64,000 nucleotides of DNA. Origin: Octopus sinensis (lineage: Eukaryota). The stretch covers positions 1 through 64,000 of the forward strand of contig NW_021832843.1 of NCBI RefSeq assembly GCF_006345805.1, read 5' to 3'. Below, piece after piece: positions 27,820 through 38,227 of the stretch. How positions within the stretch are numbered: position 1 is the first letter of the stretch; each line of letters opens with the position of its first letter. The position numbers and the translations under genes are program-made. The notes under the pieces are model-generated. The model was not told the origin of the DNA, ran no database searches, and saw only the letters and a list, made by a program, of their open reading frames with translations.

Positions 27820-29290
27820 AAGGCGGCGAGCTGGCAGAAACGTTAGCACGTCGGGCGAAATGCTTAGCAGTATTTCGTCTGCCATTACGTTCTGAGTTCA
27901 AATTCCACCGAGGTCGACTTTGCCTTTCATCATTTCGGGGTCGATTAAATTAAGTACCAGTTATGCACTGGGGTCGATGTAATCGACTCAATCCGTTTGT
28001 CTGTCCTTGTTTGTCCTCTCCGTGTTTAGCCCCTTGTGGGTAGTAAAGAAATAGGTATTTCGTCTGTCTTTACGTTCTGAGTTCAAATTACGCTGAGGTC
28101 GACTTTACCTTTCACCCTTCCGGGTCGATAATTTAAGTACCAGTTGTGTACTGGGGTCGATCTAATCGACTGGCGCCCCTCCCCCAAATTTTTGGACCTT
28201 GTGCCTAGAGTAGAAAAGAATAAAATAGATACAAGTTGAACACTCAAGTCGATATAATCAACTTACCCTATCCATTCTGCCAAAATTTGAAATTTTAAAG
28301 ATGGCGAGCTAGTTGAGCGTTACCGCGCCGGATAAAATGTTTAGCAGCATTTCGTCCGTCTTTTTCGTTCCGAGTTCAAATTCTGGTCGACTTTGATTTT
28401 ATCCTTTCGTGGTCGATAATATAAATACCAGTTGCACACTGGAATTGATGTAGTCGACTCATCCTATCCTCCGAAATTGCTGGCCTTGTACCAAAATTTA
28501 AAACCAATAATTATAGGTAGCAAGTTCGTAAGACCGCTACCGTATTCGACAAAATGCTTAGCAGCATTTCGTCCGTCTTCGGGTTCTGAGTTCAAATAGT
28601 GCCGAGGTCGACTTTGTCTTTTATCTTTCCGGAGTCGATAAAAATAAGTATCAATTGAATTCTAGAATCGATGTAATTAACCAGCCCCCGCCTCCGAAAT
28701 TGCTGGCCTTGTACCAAGATTTGAAACCAATATTCAAAGATAGCAAGCAGAATTGTTACCGCGCCGGGCAAAGTGCTTAGTGACATTTCGGCGTCTTTAC
28801 GTCTGAGATCAAATTCCGCTGAGTTTGACTTTAACTTTATCCTTTCTATTTAGATAAAATAAGTAGCAATTGAACACGGGGCTCGATGTAGTCGACTACA
28901 TGTCCTTATTTGTCCTCTCTGTGTTTAGCCTCTTGTGGGTAGTAAAGAAATAGAAACAGGTATTTCGTCTGCAACTACGTTCTGAGTTCAAATTCCGCCG
29001 AGGTCGACTTTTCCTTTCATCTTTCTGGGTCGATTAAATAAGTACCAGTTACGCACTGGGGTCGATATAATCGACTTAATCCGTTTGTCTGTCCTCTGTT
29101 TAGCCCCTTGTGGGTAGTAAAGAAATAGGAATTGATTCTGGTTCTTTACGTTCTGAATTCAAATTCCATCAAGCTCGACTTAGCCATTCATCCATTCCGG
29201 TCTATAAAATAAGTACCAGTTCCGCGCTGCGGTAGATGTATATTAAGTCTCCACACATTCCTCAGAACTGTTGGCCTTGTAACAAAATTT
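27820..29290 (+). mobile_element. Head-to-tail run of ~7 SINE family A units (some headed, some headless)
   Basis: First unit starts AAGGCGGCGAGCTGGCAGAAACG; the following unit restarts at GTATTTCGTCTG directly after the tail GTAGTAAAGAAATAG. Confidence 0.85.
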
Positions 29291-29837
29291 GTAGTGTACA
29301 ATGGTGAATGACAGTAAAAGTTTATGTCTTGGTTTCAATTCTCAACTGAAGCCATTTCATTTCGCTTATTGTTAATGCTGGAGCTGTTACGTTTGTTGCT
29401 ATCAGTGATGCTATAGCTTGTGTTTGCTGTTAGTAATTCAACTGTCTTCTTCTTCTTCTTCTTCTTCTTCTTCTTCTTCTTCTTCTTCTTCTTCTTCTCT
29501 TCTTCTTCTTCTTCTTCTTCCAATCAGGACTCACGCCATTAGCCAGAAAGAATAATCCCTAATTCGAGTCTACTCTAAGCTACTAAGAATGCGTGTGGCA
29601 ATATATATATATATAAGTTCAGCAAAAATTTAGATTCGAATAATATAGTACTTAATTTAGATGCACCAGAATTTTTTATGGTGTTATCCATAAAATTTTG
29701 TGGGGTGGTTATAATCAAAATAAGCAACAAGAATGACTCCGGTAATTTGGTACAATTGTTTCGCACTACATCATTTTATTAAATGTTATAAGTATTACAA
29801 CAGATTTAAGATGCTGACTAATCATCAGCTTATTTTG

Positions 29838-29876
<39 letters not shown>

Positions 29877-30105
29877 ATGAAAAACAGGACACAAAGGATG
29901 TTGCGGTACATAGGTTTCCAGCTTTATAGAACAACTTATGTCGATTATGCATTGATGTAAGAATACGTTGTTCTACAAAGCTCGAAACATATGAACCGCA
30001 ACATCCTTGTGTCCTTTTTTCATTTATTTCATTTGATACATATATCCTCTCACCTATGCTACTAGCTGGTATATACAGATGCTTACATTTATCAAGCATA
30101 TATAC

Positions 30106-30140
<35 letters not shown>

Positions 30141-30167
30141 TATACATACATATATATATATATATAT

Positions 30168-30870
30168 ATCCTTAAATCCTTAAATCCTTAAAAATGTTTT
30201 AGCCCGAAGGCCGCGGCCATGCTGGGGCACCACCGCTGAATGAGCTACACTAGTTTGTGAATCCACCTCTGATACGTGGCACTTGATCAACAAGGGAGTT
30301 CGATGCTGCTGCCCGCATCCGTGTCTCCTGTCGTGAGGTAGGTTCATCTGGGACTCCCAACAAGAAGAGATCCAGTTTAGTTTTAAAGAAACCCACATCC
30401 ACACCATGTAGTCTCTCAGGCATTTAGGGAGGATGTTAAAGAGCTGTGGTCCTCTGAAACCCAAGCTGTTGCAGTATCTGGACCTGTATTTGATGGTGAT
30501 GTTGGAATCCTTGGCACCACGCAGCGGCGCCCCGTTCTGCGGTTGGAGTAACTTTGAATGCCAAAGTTTGGGACAAGACCCTCCAGGATTTTCCAGATGT
30601 ATATCACTGCATATCTCTCCCGCCTCCGCTCCAGGGAGAAGAGGTTTAATACCTTCAGTCTTTCCCAGTAGCTGACATTTTGCATTGAGACGATTTTCTT
30701 TGTGTAGCTTCTCTGAGTTGCTTCGAGTTCTGCTGTTTGTTTTATATTGTGTGGTGACCAAAGTTGGGAGCAGTAGTCCAAGCGGCTGAGGACAAATGTT
30801 TTCCATAGGACCATCAGTGTCTCCTTCTCTCTTGTTCTGAAAGTTCGGAGAATCCATCCAGCTAGCCGTC

Positions 30871-30872
<2 letters not shown>
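30168..30872 (-). pseudogene. 5'-truncated CR1/L2-group LINE 3' end
   Basis: LWKTFVLSRLDYCSQLWSP...LEATQRSYTKKI...YWERLKVLNLFSLERRRERY...; 3' tail (AAGGATTT)n at 30168-30194. Confidence 0.88.
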
Positions 30873-30904
<32 letters not shown>

Positions 30905-30905
<1 letters not shown>

Positions 30906-31131
30906 TTTATTTAAAGCAGCAGAAAATTCAACAAAACCTGTTACTCTGAGTTTCCCGTTGCCGTTCATCGGACAGTTTTTTCTAGCAAAAACTGTCCGAT
31001 GAACGGCAACGGCAAACTCAGAGTAACAGGTTTTGTTGAATTTTCTGCTGCTTTGAATAAAGCATATTACTCTATCACTGGTATTTGAGTACTCTTTTTT
31101 CCACATTGTTTCACATTTATGTGTTTACTCC

Positions 31132-31133
<2 letters not shown>
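30905..31133 (+). mobile_element. Penelope-like pLTR fragment with 76-bp inverted arms and a non-canonical hammerhead-like core
   Basis: Arms 30905-30980 and 30987-31062, loop TCTAGC; CTGT-CCGATGA-ACGGCAACGG-(G/C)AAA-CTC-A-GAG-TA-ACAG. Confidence 0.6.
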
Positions 31134-31198
<65 letters not shown>

Positions 31199-32287
31199 AT
31201 AATACAGTGATGTGTCTTATCAGGAACAAAATGTTTAATAGGACTGCTATAGAAGTGCTCAATTGAAAGAGACAAATATATCAAACTAAGGTTATAGAAC
31301 AAACAAATGCAGGTCATCTACATAACATTTCATATCTCGAACATTTAATCATAGAATATACATTTATAACATCACGGAAGATGAAACATAACTCATCTGT
31401 ACAAGCATACAAGAAAGTGCAAGAAAAATGTGTGAATACAGTTCATCACGGTTAAAAGTTAATACTTTAGCGATTAAGAAATATATATATTTTTAAAAAA
31501 CATTACAACACCTAGAAAATAAATACGTAAAAATATAGTATAAAGTAATATATAAATATATAGGTATATACAAATATATAAATATATATATATATATAGG
31601 AAGCATATAAATAAGTAATACATAATATATAATGTAAAAAATATATATATATATATATATAATGGCCAGATAACCGAAGAGATGGTGTTGTGGATTTCCA
31701 CTTCGGCATCTGAAACTCAGAGTTTTATCTTGACTATTGAGTAATTGTAACATATTATTTTATAGATATATATTCATATATATACATACTTTATTTAAAA
31801 GCAGCAGAAATATAACAAAAGCTGTTACTCAATTTCATGTTCCCGTTCGTCGGACGGTTTTGTTAAAATAAAACAGAAATAACGATTTGATCAAAACTAG
31901 ATAAAAATGGATTTCTTTCGTTGGTCCTTTCAATTAATGGTCTTAAGCATGCAATGAACAAAATAAACAAAATAAATGAATTCGATATAAATTCATTCTA
32001 TTATAAAAACCGAGGAAAACCTTCGATTTATCGATTAGCGGATTCTAAATACATATTGTCATTAATTATATATGAAATATAATTCGATTAATACAATTAA
32101 TACATTGAAAATTAAAATTAAAATTTTCACGCTGCATAACATAAATATTTTACAACAATATATACGCATACTAAACCATCAATATAGATATATACATCAA
32201 AATACACAGATCGATATACACAGACTACATACATATACAGACCTTGTTTCACATTTATGCGCTTACTCCGGTACATACACGCACACG

Positions 32288-32338
<51 letters not shown>

Positions 32339-32439
32339 AATATGATATAGTATAATTTAATATATGTGTGTATAGCATTTATAATCCTCCACAAACACAC
32401 GCTAATATATGTGCACATTGAAAGTCGCTTATAATAATC

Positions 32440-32652
32440 CTATCCATTGTAGGCACAAGGCCTTAAATTTTAGGGGAGGGGATTAGTCGATTATATTGAC
32501 TCCAGTGTTCAACTGGTACTTATGTTTTCGACCCCAGAAGGATGAAAAGGGAAGTCGACCTCGGCGGAATTTGAACTCAGAACGTAAAGATGGGTGAAAT
32601 GTCGCTAAGCATTTAGCCCAGCGTGCTAACTATTCTGGCAGCTCACCGCCTT
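32440..32652 (-). mobile_element. SINE family A, single copy with alternative tail
   Basis: 19-bp perfect TSD AAAGTCGCTTATAATAATC at 32421-32439 and 32653-32671. Confidence 0.9.
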
Positions 32653-33204
32653 AAAGTCGCTTATAATAATCACGGAAAATGCAACGAAACGGACGGTTAC
32701 TGTTACCAATATTGGTGAGTCTCAAACATTTTAAAGATATATTCATAATTTCTGCTCAATATGAACAGTCGATTATTGTTATCACAAATTCTTCGTTTCA
32801 AAACTATAAAAGCACCTTCCATTCGAAGCCGTTTACCATAATCATGGCTAATGCCACTCACTGGATTTTCTTACCGAAATTACTGTGTCGCAAACGCACT
32901 GCGAATCACAATACTGTAATACTGATTTTATTCTCTGCTTAATTTTATTACCCGGTTCTTTTTTCTAAAAGGCTCCGTCCAAAATTGATCACAGTAAGCG
33001 AATTCTACTGTACATTTGTAATTTTCATATCTGTAATTATATTTCTTTTGTATTCTAATGTCTCGAATTGATGTTCATTGTAACGTTGCCCTCTTTCACG
33101 CCCTTGCTACAAATATAAGAACCGACCGTTGGCGTTGGACTTCGCCTCGTTTTTTATTGGATTGTCAATTTATAAGTTGAAGGACACGCAAACACACACA
33201 CACA

Positions 33205-33235
<31 letters not shown>

Positions 33236-34539
33236 AATGCATGCATACCGAAAAATATAAGCACGCACAAACGACATGCACATACAAACACACTTACAGA
33301 TGCATACACACATAAACACACACACATATATATACACACAAGCATATACACAAACACGCAAATACACGCACATATACTCATGCAGAGCAACACATAAATA
33401 GCCACATACAATGAGATATACACGCACAAACAAACATTCATACACACACAAACACACTTACACAGACATATATATATACACATAAACACACACTCACACA
33501 GACATATATATATACACATAAGCACACACTCACACATATACATGTACACATAAACATACACATACACACACTTACACACGGACCTACACACGTACGCACG
33601 CATAATCACAAGCGTACACACAAAATGCTCCTACACACAAACACGCATACACACATATACACACCATCACACACACACACACACACACACACGCGTTCGC
33701 ACGCATACGCACCGTCTCCCGCACACTCGCTTAACGTAGCTCCAAACAGTACAAGCGGTTTCGTTTTGTCTTCTCGGTTGTATGCGGCCATATTGCGAGG
33801 AAGCAGGGGGGAGGAAGGGGAACAATGGCTGCATGTTTTCCTCCATTTTGCAAAACCTGAGTAATTAAAACTGTATTAATCAACGAAGTCGTTTGATTTT
33901 ACACAAGGACCATTTCGCCTTCTCTCCTCTCCCCTTTCTTTCTTTTCCTTTTTTATATTTCTTTTTGTAATTGTTTTTGTGGCTTTGATGGTTGATGTTT
34001 TTTTATTGCAGTTCATTTTTCGTTGTTGTTGTTGTTGTTATTGTTGGCGGGGGTGGAGGAAGTGGTATTCCTCTTATTTATGCCTTTTTTATTTCCTTGC
34101 CTTTTCCCAGCTGACCCATTGATGCTTTTTTTTTGTTTTCATAATTTCTTTTGTCTAATTTCCTTATTTTCTCTCTGTTTCTCTCTTTCTGTCCCTCTCT
34201 ATCTCTTTCTTCCTCCCGTCTCTTCTTTCTCTCCCTCCTACCCACTCTTTACTTGTCTGTCTGTCTGTCTGGTTCAGAATTTGGCCGTCATTCTTTAAAA
34301 TAGATTTAAAGCTAATAGCCAATATGTGTGTTGTATCCACTCGCGTACACACACACGCACACACGCACACAAATACATATATAATTAAATATGTAATTAT
34401 ATGTGTGTTAGTGTATATATGTATGTAGGTGTGTACGTTTGCATGTATATATGTATGTATGTATAACGTGGTAATGGGGTTATTTCTTAAAGCTTAAAGA
34501 TAACGAAATACTTTACTTATGAGAGAAAGCAGTCACATG

Positions 34540-34586
<47 letters not shown>

Positions 34587-34589
34587 AAT

Positions 34590-34614
<25 letters not shown>

Positions 34615-34624
<10 letters not shown>

Positions 34625-34974
34625 AACGGCAAAATGGCTGTGTGTGTGTCCTTTATACAAATCCACAATTTTTCAGTTAGAGGGCTCGCACTTTCTATGG
34701 TCATTTTCTAACGTCCAAGAGTGGTTGTGCATATCTTTACATTTCCCCAGTCACCCCACAAAGCGATTAAAAAGTCAATAGAAGTGATTTTTGGTGAATT
34801 TTCTATCCAAAACCCAATCAAAATACCCGAAACTTGATACGCCAATTGAATGTCAGCTAGCTATATGTGATTGGTCGGAGATTTGGACAGTACTCGCGTG
34901 TATGTGCGCATGCCCGCAGATGTATATGCATGCATTAGCACTATGATCCGGCGTTGCCGGGTCATAGTGCTAGT
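34615..34974 (+). mobile_element. Non-autonomous Helitron-like element
   Basis: 3' hairpin TAGCACTATGATCCGG-cgttg-CCGGGTCATAGTGCTA ending in CTAG|T at 34970-34974; 5' TATATATATAAAC... start (terminal TC not seen). Confidence 0.55.
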
Positions 34975-36119
34975 GTGTTATAAATTTGTGCTTGTGCGCA
35001 TGCTTGATTGCTTTCTATCCCGATTTGTCGGCAGAGTGTAGTAATATTTTTACTGTTGTTTTGTGAAACAGAGTTGACATTGTCGCTATATGTACTCTCA
35101 TTGTTGTTCTTCTTGTTATCATTGTTATTATTGTTACTATTGCTTTTGTTGTTTCTTTTGTGTATAATGATTGTTGATGTTCCCCAACAAATATTCTTGA
35201 ACAACCACGGCCAAAGTCAAGTGAATTTTTTCCCGACCCGATACACGTCATAGACTTTGTTCGATCTGTTGGCAAATGGCCCTCAATCGCACCCTGCTAC
35301 CTTGATAAGCATCTAGAACAATGGATATACGATGTTTTTAAACTGAGATGGTCAATACGGAACGTCTTTGGTCTTAAATACGCTCGATGAAAATTAACCT
35401 GAGGCTACACAATAATAGGATTGCTGCTACTACTGCTACTACTGCTACTACTACTACTACTACTACTACAACAGCTGCTGCTGCTAATACAACTACTACT
35501 GCTACTACTACTAATAATAATAATAATAATAAGAAGAAGAAGAAGAAGAAGAATACAACCACCGCGCTACCACCACCATGTTTACCATCCCTATACCACC
35601 ATCACCGTCCACATCCACCATTACCTCCACAACTACAATCACCCCCATAATTATGCTTACCACCCCCACCACCATCATTAACACCTATCACCCTCAGACA
35701 CTGCACCACCCCATCATCTTATTCGTCGTCACCATCACCTCTCACAACTTCGAACTTCACCACCACCAACACCACCTCCATCACTATTACTACGACCACA
35801 CTTCTCACCACCACCACCACTTCGAACATCTCCAGCAGCATCACCAACACACCACAACCATTGCTATCATCAACCCTTTCTACTTTAGGCATAAGGCCTG
35901 ACATTTTGGAGGAAGCGTATAATTAAAATGTAGTACAGACATCTCACTGAATACACTAATTCTTTACTCGAATGAGCTATGGTGCCCGAGGAAGGACTGC
36001 AATACGAAACGTCATTAAATGTCTTTTCGAAGTGATGCTATTAAGTTAATCCTAACTAGAACCAATTCAAGCCAACATTTCTCAAAGTATCTAAGTAACG
36101 TTTCGAATGGTGGCATATA

Positions 36120-36520
36120 GGCACGGGTGTGATTGTGTGGTAAGAAGCTTGCTTACCAGTCACACGGATCCGCGTTCAGTCCCAATGTGTGTCCCCTTGG
36201 GCTAATATCTTCTACAATAGCCGCGGACCGACCAAAGCCTTGTGAATGGATTTGGCAGATGGAAACTGAAAGAAGTGCGTCGCATGCACGTGTGTGTGTA
36301 TTTCTGTGTCTTTGTTCGCCCCCCACCATCTCTTGACAACCGATGTCGGTGTGTTTACGTCCCTGTTACTTAGCAATTCGGCAAAAAGGACCGATAGTAT
36401 ACGTGCTAGGCTTACAAAGAATATGTCCTGGGGTCGATTTCTTCGACTAAAAGTCCTTTGAGGTGGTGCTCCGGCATGGCCGCAGACAAATGACTGAATC
36501 AAGTAAAAGAATCAAAGAAT
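36120..36520 (+). mobile_element. SINE family B, diverged copy
   Basis: Head, CORE-like, middle and tail segments all present. Confidence 0.8.
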
Positions 36521-36827
36521 TTTGTATGTATAAAACTTTTAACTCTGTATTCAAATAGTTTTTGCTCCTTTTAATTTACAACACTTTTTCAAATACCAGT
36601 CTGCCTGTCTCCTGCTCTCTCTCGCTCGCGTTCTTTCTTTCTCTCTCTCGTCCTCCCTGGGGCATCTGTGTACGCATATGCATCCATGCCTAAATAAACA
36701 TACACTCACACACTCATAAGTGCACACACACACACACATACACACAAATACATACTCGTACACACACACACACAAGCACACACATGCATATGGAAAGAGA
36801 GATACATAGAAAGAGAGATAGATAGAA

Positions 36828-36868
<41 letters not shown>

Positions 36869-37049
36869 GACAGGCAGAAAGGGAGCGAGAGAGAGAGAGA
36901 CAGAAAGTCAGAAAGGGAGAGAAGGTTGTTAGCAAGAGATACCAAAAATTATCGATTACTAAGATCGATTACTAAGATACAATTGATCACATCGATCTTT
37001 GTTCATGGATAGCACCTAATATTTTTATTCACCAACAAGATGGATGTAA

Positions 37050-37417
37050 GACTGCATTAGCCCCAATACAATACTCGTGGTACTCCGTCGATTACCATTT
37101 GATCCGATCGGCGGAACAAGCTGCTCGTGAAATTAACGTGCAAGTGGCTGAGCACTCCACAGACACGTGTACCCTTAACGTAATTCTCGGGGAGACTCAG
37201 CGTGACACAGAATATGACAAGGCTGGCCCTTTTGAAATACAGGTACAACAAAAGCAGGAAGAAAGAGTGAGAGGGTTCACCACCACCCGTTGCCGGAACC
37301 TCGTAGAGCTTTAGGTGTTTTCGCTCAATAAACACTCACAACGCCCGGTTTGGGAATCGAAACCGCGATCCTACGACCCTGAGTCCGCAGCCCTAACCTC
37401 TGGGCCATTGCGCCTCC
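37050..37417 (-). mobile_element. tRNA-derived SINE family C
   Basis: Minus-strand head GGAGGCGCAATGGCCCAGAGGTTAGGGC...GGTTTCGATTCCC with A/B boxes, followed by a non-tRNA body. Confidence 0.7.
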
Positions 37418-37614
37418 CCACAATATAACACTAGTAATAATGTGTATTAGAGCATACAAGGTTACGTTGAAATACTACAACTTGTATTTTCAACAGCGTT
37501 CGGCTTGGCTTCCCACTTCTCTCCTTCAACAGCCATGATTGTTTTCAACTCTCGTTAAATATTGCCACTGCATGGTGACCGCAGACAACCGCCGATGATT
37601 TCAGCACTCATCAG

Positions 37615-37746
37615 CACGTGCCGGCACGTGCTGTCTCGTGCTGTCACGTGTTATCACGTGTTCACGGAGGGCGTTTCAGTTCAAAACAACACTTGCCTTG
37701 TTATTTCTCTTGATGATAATGTTTATCACTCTTGCGAAAGGTGAGA
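37615..37746 (+). promoter_or_regulatory. Phased E-box cluster, Inr-like TCAGTT and 5' splice donor (candidate promoter and first exon)
   Basis: CACGTG at 37615, 37625, 37645 and 37655, CTCGTG at 37635; TCAGTT at 37676-37681; AAG|GTGAGA at 37740/37741. Confidence 0.45.
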
Positions 37747-38142
37747 AGTGTGGTTTCTACGTAACACATAATACATCAGATTATATGATAATACAAGAGA
37801 TTTATATGTTCATTTTCTCACCACTGCAGGCATGGTATTTCTACCATTACTGGGAGAAGTACTTAATAACTCTACATATATGCCCTTCATTTTGATATGG
37901 TAAAAAGGTATAACTTCTTCTTGCAATGCAGGCAATCAATGACAGATGTTCTATTCAAACCAAAATTCTTTTCTCATCCACATCATCTTACAGAATTTAT
38001 ATTTTAAGCTAAGAATCAGCTGTGACTTTTGGAGATCTTAAATTTCTAATGGCCTCTCTACATTAATCTAGAGTTTGCAATGAGAAGCTGACTCCTTTTG
38101 TACGAACTTGTAGTAGTAGTAGTAGTAGTAGTAGTAGTAAAA

Positions 38143-38208
<66 letters not shown>

Positions 38209-38227
38209 TATTATTATTATTATTATT

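Noticed and set aside
37575-37620. Minus-strand CTGATGAG-TGCT-GAAA as a hammerhead
   Set aside because: No stem II, no paired stem III or stem I around an NUH triplet; probably chance overlap with the E-box region.
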